Below, piece after piece: positions 1 through 9,769 of a stretch of DNA of 64,000 bases. Positions within the stretch are counted from its first letter, which is position 1, and each line of letters opens with the position of its first letter. Under the pieces are notes generated by a model. It saw only the letters and a list, made by a program, of their open reading frames with translations. It was not told the origin of the DNA and did not search any database. The DNA comes from Spirochaetia bacterium (GTDB lineage: Bacteria; Spirochaetota; Spirochaetia; SZUA-6; Bin103), in the NCBI GenBank assembly GCA_965203905.1, contig CBDBDQ010000005.1, positions 3,360,001 through 3,424,000 on the forward strand. Direction: 5' to 3'. The translations under genes and the position numbers were made by a program.

Positions 1-72
1 GTACGCGCTGGCCGTGGTGTTAGCGCGTCCGCCTTCTTCGAGGAGCTTGCAGCGCAAACCGCGGAACCGTGA
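1..72 (+). CDS. 3' end of a probable antitoxin (partial, runs off window)
   Basis: Frame-1 peptide VRAGRGVSASAFFEELAAQTAEP* ends at TGA 70-72, overlapping the start of the RelE/ParE gene (GTGATG). Confidence 0.5.
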   Translation, partial: VRAGRGVSASAFFEELAAQTAEP

Positions 73-380
73 TGCGGCGCTACAGTGTCGTCGTCACTCC
101 TTTCGCCGCAGCCAACATCCGGGAAGCGCACGCATGGTTGTCGGCGAAGAACCCGGTCTACGCCGACCGCTGGCTCGCGGCCATCCGAGAGAAGATCCTG
201 AGCCTCGCTACGCTTCCGGAGTCGCACGCGGTGGCCCTGGAGAGCGCTGCCTTCGACGTCGAGATCCGGCAGGTGCTGGTAGGCCGGGGCACGCCCTGGA
301 AGGTGTTCTTCACGGTCCAGGGATCGACGGTTCACGTGCTTCACGTTCGCCACGGCGGTCGTGACACCTGGATGCCCTGA
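69..380 (+). CDS. RelE/ParE-family type II toxin
   Basis: About 100 aa; YSVVVTPFA...WL...LATLPESH...VFFTV...VHVLHVRHG pattern typical of ParE/RelE. Confidence 0.85.
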   Translation: MMRRYSVVVTPFAAANIREAHAWLSAKNPVYADRWLAAIREKILSLATLPESHAVALESAAFDVEIRQVLVGRGTPWKVFFTVQGSTVHVLHVRHGGRDTWMP

Positions 381-438
381 CGCTTCGTGCGGGGGCGGCC
401 GGCGGCAAGGCGTGCGCCGCTACGGTCAGGCAGGTCAG

Positions 439-1228
439 GTGCTGTTGGCCTCGCCGCTGCTGTGGGCGAGTCCCGCCAAGGAGAGCGGCATGGCTGCCGA
501 CGGGAAGCTCACTTTGTGGTTCATGAAGACCGACAACGGTCGCCCGCTGCCCGCGGAAGTGGACATGAACGACAATCCGTGGACCCGCGTCCTCGCGGAG
601 GGGCTGCCCGATATCGACATCACCTGGCTGCTGATCCCGGAGGAGACGTTCGCGGAGCAGAAGAACATCATGATCGCCGCCGGCGACATCCCCGACATGT
701 TCCCGGTCTCCCATAAAGAGATGCCGAAGTGGGCGGACAACGGGCTGTTGCCTCCGCTGGACGATCTGGTGGCCGAGCACTACCCCGACCAGAGTGAGTT
801 CTTCGACCAGGACACCTGGGAACGGGCGTTCCACTCGTTCGCCTCCTACCAGGGTCAGCAGTACCGTCTGCTGGTGCCGCAGAACAGCCACCGCACCCAT
901 CAGGTGCTGCTGCTGCGCAAGGACTGGCTGGACAAGCTGGGCCTGCAGGTGCCGGACACCCTGGACGAGTTGATGACGGTGATGAAGGCATTCACCTTCG
1001 ACGATCCCGACGGCAACGGCGAGAACGACACCGTCGGCTTCACCGGTTACCGCGAACTGGGGCGCATGAACCCGTTCCTCAACCCGTTCGGCGTGGAGGA
1101 CGACCGCGGCAACCTGCACTGGTCGACGGTGGACGGGCAGATCGTGCCCGACTTCATTCGCCCGGAGATGAAGCAGGCGCTCGCCTACGTGCGCGAGACG
1201 TTCGAGTCGGGGGGTGTACGACAAGGAG
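439..1228 (+). pseudogene. Truncated LplA-like carbohydrate ABC solute-binding protein
   Basis: AAGDIPD, LRKDWLDKLGLQVPDTLDEL and DPDGNGENDT motifs; signal start missing; +1 shift in G6 at 1209-1214; C-terminal half absent. Confidence 0.8.
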
Positions 1229-1564
1229 AACCCGGAGCTGTACGAGGCGGCGATGATCGACGGAGCCGGCCGCGTGCGCAAGATGCGCAGCATCACGCTG
1301 CCCTCGATCTCCATCGCCATCACCATCCTGTTCCTGCTGCGCATCGGCAAGGCGATGCAGTCCAACTTCGACCAGATCTTCGTGCTCTACAGCCCGAGCG
1401 TGTACTCCACCGGTGACGTGATCAGCACCTACGTCTACCGCGAGGGGCTGGGTGCGGGCGAGTTCAGCTACTCGACCGCGGTGGGGCTGTTCGAGTCGCT
1501 GGTGGGATTCGGGCTGCTGGTGACCGCGAACTGGGTCACGCGCCGCATCACGGGGAACACCCTG
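1229..1564 (+). pseudogene. C-terminal fragment of LplB-like ABC permease
   Basis: Begins abruptly at the EAA loop NPELYEAAMIDGA and ends RRITGNTL; matches the last third of the intact paralogue 10603-11571. Confidence 0.8.
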
Positions 1565-2241
1565 GTGCGCTCGCTCAGCGCCAACTCGGCGATCCTGAGC
1601 GGCCGGGTGTACCTGTGGCCGGTGGGGCTCAATCTCGAGGGCTACCAGACGCTGTTCCGCGATGCGCTGTTCTTCGTCAGCCTGCGCAACACGCTGTTCA
1701 CCACCACCGTCGGCACCGCCCTCCGGCTGGCGGTCACGCTGCTGGCCGGCTATGCCTTCTCCAAGAACAACCTGGTGGGACGCAAGGCGCTGTTCCTGGT
1801 GTTCCTGTTGACCATGTTCTTCGAAGGCGGCATCGTGCCCACCTTCATCATCGTGCGCAACCTGGGCCTGTACGACACGCTGTGGGCGCTGGTGCTGATC
1901 GAGGCCGCCAAGGTTTCTACATGATCCTGGCGATGAGCTTTTTTAGACAAGTACCGGAGTCGATCGAGGAGTCGGCGATCATTGACGGGGCCGGCTACGA
2001 GGTGGTGTTCCTGCGCATCGTGCTGCCGATGTCGAAGGCCCTGATCGCCACCCTGATCATCTTCAGCACCGTGGACCTGTGGAACCAGTTCCGCGAGGCG
2101 ATCATCTACATCCGCGAGTCGAAGCACTACACCCTGCAGGTCTACGTCCGCATCAAGGTTTTTTTGGAAGAGATGATCCAGCGTGAATCCTTCCAGCGCT
2201 ACTTCATCAAGGGCGCCACCCTCGGCGCCGTCAAGTCGTGA
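1565..2241 (+). pseudogene. Fragmented LplC-like ABC permease
   Basis: RSLS...RVYLWPVG, FFEGGIVP, PESIEESAIIDGA, QRYFIKGATLGAVKS; N-terminus missing, frameshift at about 1914-1916, last TM helix deleted near 2190. Confidence 0.8.
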
Positions 2242-2373
2242 CGTGGACCTCATGGGTGGTCCGCTTCACGGCGGCGCCTTGCGAGCCTGCCGCGAACGGC
2301 GGCAGTCCTACAAGGCTACCAAGACCAACACAATACCAGGGAGCGATACGCGGAATCCCGGTAGTGCCAAGGG

Positions 2374-3111
2374 TCAACCGGGCCCACTGTTCTGCGCCAG
2401 TCGGTCGACGAACCGACGATGTTCGGGAGAGCCGATGCCCTTGTTCAACACCGCCAATGCACCGGCGACATCCCCGTTCAGCAACTCACCGACAGCGACC
2501 CGCAGGCCGGGGAAGACCTGGCTCCGGACAACCCCATCCGCGTCGGGGGACAACGGCTGGTACTCGCCATCCGTCAACTGGAACCAGTCGATACGTCGCT
2601 CCTGCGTGCGCCAGACGACGTACTCTCGCACGCCGTTGCGCCGATAGGCGTGCAGCTTGGCGTGCAGGTCGATCGACGCGCTGCTCGCGGCGATCTCGAC
2701 GATCAGTTCCGGTGCTGCCTCGAGGTAGCCGTCGTCGCTCACGCGCGACTGGCCGCCGGCGTGTGGTTCGAGGCGCAACAGCACATCCGGCTGAGGTTCG
2801 TTGTCGAGATCAAGGCGAACGGTGGCGTTGTCGGCTCCGCGTACCCCAGCGGTAAAAGCGGCGTAAACGAGAAGCAAGGCGTTTATCGCCAAGTGTGGTT
2901 CCGCGTGGGACAGGCTGACCGGCGATGGCATGAAGACAACTCCCTCGATCAATTCTGCCTTCTTGATATCCGGACGTACGGCGTATCGGCGCTCGAATTC
3001 GGGTCGCGTAAGCCGGTCACCGTTCTCCAGGGCCGGTACGCGTGCAACAGCCGATGGACCTCGTGCCCTGTCGGGAGCGTCAGTTACGGCAGACACGTCG
3101 AACTCAGCCAC
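2374..3111 (-). CDS. Uma2 (DUF820) family endonuclease
   Basis: LENGDRLTRPEFERRY, AELIEGVVFM, EPQPD, PELIVEIA, YRRNGVREY. Confidence 0.92.
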   Translation of the reverse strand: MAEFDVSAVTDAPDRARGPSAVARVPALENGDRLTRPEFERRYAVRPDIKKAELIEGVVFMPSPVSLSHAEPHLAINALLLVYAAFTAGVRGADNATVRLDLDNEPQPDVLLRLEPHAGGQSRVSDDGYLEAAPELIVEIAASSASIDLHAKLHAYRRNGVREYVVWRTQERRIDWFQLTDGEYQPLSPDADGVVRSQVFPGLRVAVGELLNGDVAGALAVLNKGIGSPEHRRFVDRLAQNSGPG

Positions 3112-3481
3112 TTCCCGGAATCAATTCGGCGTTCTCAGATTCCATATGGACGTTCTCCTGTAGTTCGGAAGTTGATCCAGCCCGCGGCTTGGGTAGTGGA
3201 ATCATTGCGTAAAGAAGTGTTAGCGCGATTGGGTGAGCACGTCAAGATCGTCAAGCTTGCTTAGCTTGCTTGCGCCGCTGACTCGGGCCTCATGAGCTGC
3301 GCCTGCCTGCGGCACGTCGAAGTGATCCGAGTCGGCGGCAGTACGCCGTACGGACCGCTTCCCGGTGCCAGTCCTCCGCAGATCGAGAGACAGCGCCGCA
3401 CGGCGCAGCGCATCGGACTGGCAGGCGGTTCGGTATGCACGCTACCATACGGTACACTTCGAGGACGGAGGGAAGGGAGCC

Positions 3482-4864
3482 GTGGCGGATGAGATTCGGG
3501 CGCTGGCGCTGACCGGCATGCTCGGTTCCGGGTTTCACGAGAGCAGCCTCGAGCGGGCGCTGAGCTGGGAGCCGGATTTCATCGGCTGCGACGCCGGCTC
3601 CACCGACAGCGGGCCGGGGAGCCTCGGCAGCGGAGTGCCGGCGCAGCCGCGGCAGGGGATCAAGCGCGACCTGCGCCTCGGGCTGCTGGCGGCGGTGCAG
3701 CGCAGGATTCCGCTGCTGGTGGGGTCGGCCGGCTCCGGCGGTGGCGACGCCAACCTGGCGGTGGTGGTGGAGGTGGCGCGGGAGATCGCCCGCGAGGAGG
3801 GGCTGCACTTCCGGCTGGCGGTGATCCGTGCCGAGCAGGACAGGGAGTATCTCAAGCGCAAGCTGGCGGAGGGGACGGATCCGGCCGCTGGCGCTGGAGA
3901 CGCCGCTCGACGACGCGATCATCGACCGCAGCGAGCACGTCGTCGGCATGATGGGCCCGGAGCCGTCACCCGCGCGCTGGAGGCGGGCGCCGAGGTGGTG
4001 ATCGCCGGCCGCTCCAGCGACACTTCGATGTTCGCCGCCATTCCGCTGCAGCGCGGCTTCCCGCCGGGGCCGGCGTGGCACGCCGCCAAGATCCTGGAAT
4101 GCGGCGCCGCCTGCGTCGCCTACCGCACCCGGGGGCCGGACTGCATGTTCGCGCGCACCGGCGGCGAAGGCTTCGTGATGGTGCCGCCGCACCCGGAGTA
4201 CGCCTGCACGCCCGTCAGCATCGCCGCCCACACCTTCTACGAGACCGGCAGCCCTACCCATCTCCCCGAGCCGGGCGGGACCCTGGACACCAGCGGCGCC
4301 GCCTACGAGGCGCTGGATCCGCGCACGGTGCGGGTCACCGGCAGCGCCTTCCGGCCGGCGCAGCGCTACACCGTCAAGCTGGAGGGGGCGGAGAGCCTGG
4401 GCTACCAGTCGCTGTGCATCGCCGGGGTGCGCGATCCGGTGGTGCTCGCCCACCTCGACCGGTGGCTGGAGCTGCTGCATGACAAGGTGCGCAGCCGCGT
4501 GCGGCACCTGTACGGGGACGAGGTGGCGGCGGACGGCTACCACTTTCACGTGCACGCGTACGGCCGCGACGGGGTGCTGGGGGCTATCGAACCGCTACGC
4601 GCACAGCCCGGCCACGAGTTGGCCCTGGTGCTGGAGACCACGGCGCCGACCCAGGAGATGGCCAACGAGATTACCGCGGCGGCGGCGCAGGGCGGGCTGC
4701 ACCTGGCGGTGCCGGGGCTGCAGGACAGCACGGTGTCCAACTTCGCCTTTCCCTACAGCCCGCGCCACATCCCGCGCGGCAAGGTGTTCCGCTTCAACCT
4801 CAACCACCTGGTCGAGCCCGCCGATCCGTGCGAGATGTTCCCCATGGAGCTCGTGGAGCTGTGA
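3482..4864 (+). CDS. AtuA/DUF1446-family protein with an internal compensated frameshift
   Basis: GMLGSGF, DAGSTDSGP, GSAGSGG, GRSSD, WHAAKILECGA; GTG 3482 follows AAGGGAG. Confidence 0.85.
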   Translation: MADEIRALALTGMLGSGFHESSLERALSWEPDFIGCDAGSTDSGPGSLGSGVPAQPRQGIKRDLRLGLLAAVQRRIPLLVGSAGSGGGDANLAVVVEVAREIAREEGLHFRLAVIRAEQDREYLKRKLAEGTDPAAGAGDAARRRDHRPQRARRRHDGPGAVTRALEAGAEVVIAGRSSDTSMFAAIPLQRGFPPGPAWHAAKILECGAACVAYRTRGPDCMFARTGGEGFVMVPPHPEYACTPVSIAAHTFYETGSPTHLPEPGGTLDTSGAAYEALDPRTVRVTGSAFRPAQRYTVKLEGAESLGYQSLCIAGVRDPVVLAHLDRWLELLHDKVRSRVRHLYGDEVAADGYHFHVHAYGRDGVLGAIEPLRAQPGHELALVLETTAPTQEMANEITAAAAQGGLHLAVPGLQDSTVSNFAFPYSPRHIPRGKVFRFNLNHLVEPADPCEMFPMELVEL

Positions 4865-5166
4865 AGCTGTCGCAACTGGCGAGCCTGATCAGGAGCAAGA
4901 ACGCCGGACCGTTCGCGCTCACCTTCGACTTCATGTTCGAGGAGGACGCCGCCTACCGACGGGTGCGCGACTCGGGCGTGCTGAACCGCGAGCTGTTCTC
5001 CCGCGTCTACGGAACGGCGCCGGAAGCGGTCGAGGTGTACCACGTCGACGCCGCGCACGGCATCAAGGTCACCATCCCCCGGCCGGTGGCGCAGGGCGAC
5101 CTGAAGGAGGCCGATCAGCTCGGCGGCCAGCAGTTCTGCGCCCTGGGCGAGCTGGAGATTCCCTGA
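4861..5166 (+). CDS. DUF4387-family protein (usual AtuA/DUF1446 partner)
   Basis: LASLIRSKNAGPFALTFD...IKVTIPR...GGQQ; GTGA overlap with the upstream stop. Confidence 0.85.
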   Translation: MKLSQLASLIRSKNAGPFALTFDFMFEEDAAYRRVRDSGVLNRELFSRVYGTAPEAVEVYHVDAAHGIKVTIPRPVAQGDLKEADQLGGQQFCALGELEIP

Positions 5167-5167
5167 C

Positions 5168-6444
5168 GTGAGCCGCAAAGGTATTCGAGCGCGGCCCTGG
5201 CTGATCCTCTGACCCCCGCTCCCGGTTCGACCCTGGAACAGGAGCGCTCCGCCACTTGGCTGGAGCTCTTCTTCGACCTGATCTTCGTGATCAACGTCGC
5301 CGGCCTCACCCATCACCTGGTGGCCCATCCCGGCGTGCACGCGCTGGGCCAGGTGGCGGTGCTGTACGTGCCGCTGTTCCTGTTGTGGGCCGGTCACACC
5401 ACCTATGCCACCCGCTTCGACGACGGCAGCACCCTGCAGACCATCCTTACGCTGCTGCTGATGTTCATGCTGGCGGGGTCGGCGGTGTTCGTGCAGTCGG
5501 GGATGGATCCGCACGCGCCTACCTTTGCCCGCGCCCAGGCAGGGGCGCGCCTGGTGCTGGTGCTGCTCTACCTGGAGGCGTTCGTCCGGGTGCCGGCGGC
5601 ACGCCGCTTCAGCGGGCTGCTGTTGGCCGCGTTCGCGCTCTCGGCGCTGGCCTGGGGCGCACACGGACTGGTGCCGGACACGTGGCGCACGTGGCTGTAC
5701 GTCGCCGCCGTGGCGCTGGAGTTGCTGGTGCCGCTGCTGGCCGCGTCCGGTTTCGGGCGCTGGCCGGCACATCCGAGCCACCTGCCGGAGCGGCTGGGAC
5801 TGTTCACCATCATCGTGCTCGGCGAGGCGGTGCTGGGCATCGTGGTCGGCGCGGTGCATCTGGCCGGGAGTGCGCCGGCGCGGCTGGCCGTGACCATGGG
5901 CTTCGCGCTGCCGGTCGGCATCTGGTGGTTCTACTTCCGTTTGCTCGACCGCACCGAGCTGCGCCCGCGCGTAGGCGGCGGCCAGTTGCTGACCTACCTG
6001 CACCTGCCGATGACATTCGCGGTGGTGGTGATGGCCGCGGCGGTGGAGGTGAGCCTGTCCGGGTTCACCGCCGCGCAACCGGACGGCGGCGGCGTCGGCC
6101 TGTTGGAAGCCGCACGACACATCATGGCCGGCGGCGCGGGCCGGGGGACGGGTCCCGACCTGCCGGGCGCGCGGCTGCTGTTCGGCGGCCTGGCGCTGTG
6201 GCTGGCCTGCTTCCTGGCACTGCGCATAGTAGTGGTCGGACTGCGCCGCCTTGGCGCCGCGGGCTGGGCCACCGCCGGCGTGGTCGCCGCCCTGGCGCTG
6301 GGCGCGGTCCTGCTCGGCCCGGTGCGGGCCACGGAGCTGTTCATCTTCGCCGGCTCACTGCTGCTGGCCCTGGCCGCCCTCGGCACCTTGCTCAAGGAAC
6401 TGCACCAGCGCCGCACCGCCTCCCGGAAGCAGTGTCGATCGTAG
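5168..6444 (+). CDS. LtrA (low temperature requirement A) membrane protein, 5' end apparently frameshifted
   Basis: ERSATWLELFFDLIFV and HLPERLGLFTIIVLGE motifs; no in-frame ATG/GTG before the first motif. Confidence 0.8.
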
Positions 6445-6458
6445 CTGTCGGACCGCCG

Positions 6459-8006
6459 TCAGCCCTCCGCGACCTCGAAGGCGGTTACGTTGCGTGTCTC
6501 GCGGCTGATCTCCACCCCGATCAAGTGGATCGGCTCCCCGCGGCCGCGATACTTGTCAGCGTAACGCCGCTGGCGTAGCTGCGCGAGCGCCGAACCTGGT
6601 GGAGCCATCTCCACCACCTTGAACTCGAACAGGTAGACGTGCCCACCGGTGCGCACCGCCAGGTCCAGCCGGCCGTGGCTGCTGGATTCCTCCACCGCGA
6701 TCTCGTACCCGAGTGCCGCGAAGTAGGAATAGAACACGCTCGCGTAGTAGCCCTCGTACTTCGCGATATCGTTGCTGCTGTGCCATTCGTACGGGATGCC
6801 GGCGAAGAAGGCGTGGAACAGATCTCGCAGGCCTGCGCAATCGCCGGTCTCCAGCAGGCGCGCCAGGCGGATGCTGTTCTGCATCTGCTGTCCCGTGTCC
6901 TGCACCAGGTGGCGCAACAGGACCAGGTTCAGGCTCTGGCGGACCTCGCGGTTCGGATAGCCGAGGCGATACAGGGGCATGCCGCCCAGCTTCTCTTCCC
7001 CCGTGATCGTCAGGTAGCCGGTCTGGAACAGCAGCGCCTCGGTGCCGATGTGCTCCACGTCGAACGCCGACAGCAGATCCGCGGTGCTCACGGTCTGGTC
7101 CAGTGACACCGACGCGACCTGGCGGCTGAACAGCTTGTCCACCAGAAACGCCGGTGTCCCGGTCTCGAACCAGTGCGCCTCGAATTCGCGGCTGTCGAAC
7201 AGCAGCAGCACGTCGTAGGGGTTGTACACCTTCTCCTCGCCGCGCCAGCGGTAGCCGTTGTACCACTCGCGCACCTGGTCCCGGTCCAGGCCGGCGAGCT
7301 CGGGCGCGAACACCGTGTCCAGGTCACGCTCCGTGTACCCGCAGATCGCCGAGTAGCGCCGGTCGAGGGTGAGGTCGGTAAGGTTGTTCAGTACGGAGAA
7401 CACGCTGACCTTGGAGAACTTGCTTACTCCGGTGAGGAAGGTGAACCGTACGTGCGCGTCGCTGGCCTTGATCACTCCATACAGGCCGCGCAGGTAGTCG
7501 CGGTTGGCGCGGGCGATCTCACGTTGCTCCAGCGCGTCCAGGATCGGCTTGTCGTACTCGTCGACCAGCACCGCGACCCGCTGCCCGCTGCGCTCGTGCA
7601 GCGAACTGATCAGATAACCGAACCGCTCCGGGGTCGTTTCGTAGCGGGGGCGCACGCCGACCTGCAGCTCGATGCCGTCCAACTGCGCCGCCACGTTGGC
7701 GTGCAGAGAACCGGGCTCGACGAAGTGGCCGCGGGCGAAGTCCAGCCGCACTACCGGATGGCGCTGCGACCAGTCGTGGCGGTCGTGGATGAACAGTCCC
7801 TCGAACAGTGCCTGGTTGCCCTCGAACAGCTCCTTCAGCGTGTCCAGGAGCAGGCTCTTGCCGAACCGGCGCGGCCGGGACAGGAAGTAGTGCTTGCCAT
7901 CTTCGAGCAGCCGTTCGATGTATGCGGTTTTGTCCACATAGTAGCAGCCCCGCTCGCGCAGTTCGCAGAAGGTCTGCACCCCGATGGGCAGCCTGCGCCT
8001 GATCAT
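6459..8006 (-). CDS. AAA-ATPase-like domain + C-terminal PD-(D/E)XK nuclease
   Basis: LPIGVQTF, YYVDKT, SRPRRFGKSL, LVDEYDKP, TGVSKFSK, YEGYYAS, GRLDL, FEFK. Confidence 0.92.
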   Translation of the reverse strand: MIRRRLPIGVQTFCELRERGCYYVDKTAYIERLLEDGKHYFLSRPRRFGKSLLLDTLKELFEGNQALFEGLFIHDRHDWSQRHPVVRLDFARGHFVEPGSLHANVAAQLDGIELQVGVRPRYETTPERFGYLISSLHERSGQRVAVLVDEYDKPILDALEQREIARANRDYLRGLYGVIKASDAHVRFTFLTGVSKFSKVSVFSVLNNLTDLTLDRRYSAICGYTERDLDTVFAPELAGLDRDQVREWYNGYRWRGEEKVYNPYDVLLLFDSREFEAHWFETGTPAFLVDKLFSRQVASVSLDQTVSTADLLSAFDVEHIGTEALLFQTGYLTITGEEKLGGMPLYRLGYPNREVRQSLNLVLLRHLVQDTGQQMQNSIRLARLLETGDCAGLRDLFHAFFAGIPYEWHSSNDIAKYEGYYASVFYSYFAALGYEIAVEESSSHGRLDLAVRTGGHVYLFEFKVVEMAPPGSALAQLRQRRYADKYRGRGEPIHLIGVEISRETRNVTAFEVAEG

Positions 8007-8215
8007 CGGGTCATCCTAACCTCGTTCCCGGCAGGCTCTCAAACCCGCACTTCCGCTTCTCACATCGAAGCACACCCGCGGGTTCCGATCCGACGAGAAT
8101 CGGCTCGCCCGGCTGAAAGCTTCGCGCCCAAGATTCCCCTGTGGATGCAGCGCCTGATCATGCCGGCACGGCGCGAGCCGGAACGCGCCCCGGCATCGCA
8201 CCAGATCCCGGGCTT

Positions 8216-9532
8216 CTACCAATCGCCCAGCAGCCAGCTCGCGGCGGAAGCCCAGACCACGCCTTCCGGGAGGCGGCGCGGCGACGACGGGTCAAGCGTG
8301 ACCAGCCAGCGGCTGGCATCCTGGTACACCGACCCCGCGGCCTGGAGGGCGCGCAGTTCCCGCTCCCACGTAGCATCCTGGCTGGTCTCCAGGCACACCT
8401 GGACCAGCAGCGGCGCCTCTCCCGCACGGTGGGCGAAGAAGTCGACCTCCCAGCCCTCTTCCGTGCGCAGGTAGGAAACCTCCCAGCCGCGCCGTTCCAG
8501 TTCCAGCAGCACGGCCGTCTCCAGGGCACGGCCGTGGTGGCTGCGGCCGCTGCGCGCGAACAGGGAGATCAGGCCCGGATCCACCGGATACGCCTTGCGG
8601 GGATTGACCATGCGGCGGCGTTCGGACGCCGTGTGCAGCGAGACCGTGCGTACCAGGAAGGCATCCTCCAGGTAGCCGAGGAACTCGTGCAGGGTATCCT
8701 TGCCGACTCGCACCCCCTGGGAGCGCAGGGTGTCGTACTGCTTCTTCACCGAGAAACCGCCGCCCGGGTTGGCCAGCAACTGCCGCTGCAACCAGCGCAG
8801 GGCGAGCGGATTCGACACCGCGTGGCGGTCGATCACGTCACGCAGCACGACCACGTCGACATAGCCGGCGAGGAGCGCCGCGCGGTCTCGCGGCTCGGCG
8901 CCCTGCGCCTCGGGGAAGCCTCCCTCGACCAGATAACGCCGCAGGCGCTGGTGCAGCACTGCCGCCTCCGGCCCTGCTTCCGGCGCGGGGCCCGGACCCG
9001 GCTCGACGCCCGCGTGGCGCAGCGCTTCCCGGAAGCTGAAGGGGTGGATCAACACCTCCATTGCGCGCCCGCGGAGGCTGGTCGCTACCTCCCTGCTCAA
9101 TAGACGGGCGGAGGAGCCGGTCACGAATAACTGGACGCCGCCGGTGTCGATCAGGCGGCGTACGAGGCCCTCCCAGCCCGGAACGTACTGGATCTCGTCC
9201 AGGTACAGGGTGACGTCCCCTCGCGCGTACGACTGCGGATACCGGCGGGCGTGCTCCTCGAGCAGCCAACCGAGGTCGGCCACGGTGATGCCGGTAAGCC
9301 GCTCGTCCTCAAGCAGGAGCAGTAGCTGCGACTCGGGGGCAAGGCCGGAGTGCAAGCGCTCGGCGCGGTGCTCGGCAAGGTACGACGTCTTCCCGCTGCG
9401 CCGCACGCCGATGATCGCAAACGCCTTCCCCGAGATTGCGGGAAGCCGTACGTCGCGGCGGGTAAGGCGCCGTGGCGGCAGGGCCAGCGACTCATCGAGC
9501 TTGGAGCGCAAGAGGGCACGTGATATTGTCAT
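8216..9532 (-). CDS. AAA_14 ATPase with DUF4143 C-terminal domain
   Basis: Walker A GVRRSGKT, LDEIQ, TGSS, LRGR, GGFPE, KAYPVDPG, EVDF; ATG 9532 preferred over the TTG at 9601. Confidence 0.9.
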   Translation of the reverse strand: MTISRALLRSKLDESLALPPRRLTRRDVRLPAISGKAFAIIGVRRSGKTSYLAEHRAERLHSGLAPESQLLLLLEDERLTGITVADLGWLLEEHARRYPQSYARGDVTLYLDEIQYVPGWEGLVRRLIDTGGVQLFVTGSSARLLSREVATSLRGRAMEVLIHPFSFREALRHAGVEPGPGPAPEAGPEAAVLHQRLRRYLVEGGFPEAQGAEPRDRAALLAGYVDVVVLRDVIDRHAVSNPLALRWLQRQLLANPGGGFSVKKQYDTLRSQGVRVGKDTLHEFLGYLEDAFLVRTVSLHTASERRRMVNPRKAYPVDPGLISLFARSGRSHHGRALETAVLLELERRGWEVSYLRTEEGWEVDFFAHRAGEAPLLVQVCLETSQDATWERELRALQAAGSVYQDASRWLVTLDPSSPRRLPEGVVWASAASWLLGDW

Positions 9533-9551
9533 TTCAAGAGTGACAATATCA
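9521..9551. promoter_or_regulatory. Perfect 11-bp inverted repeat over the AAA_14 start codon (candidate operator)
   Basis: TGATATTGTCA-N9-TGACAATATCA, AT-rich in a GC-rich context. Confidence 0.6.
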
Positions 9552-9769
9552 CCTAAATACGTCCCTCTGTAAAGGTCAAAATCGCGTGCCCTGGGCTTCA
9601 AGCCGATCGACCTGGGCCTGATCGGCCTTGGCCCGGGTTTTCCGGATACGCTTCGACGGCGTTATTCGGGGACCATCGAGGACGGCGCCGAGTAACCCCG
9701 GGTAGCCGGTGTGGGCCCTGTTCGATTACATCGTCGGAGTCGCTCTCCCTACCCGTGGAATGCTCAGCG

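Noticed and set aside
5164-5166. TGA between DUF4387 and LtrA as a selenocysteine codon
   Set aside because: It is the normal DUF4387 end, no Cys is expected there and no convincing SECIS follows.
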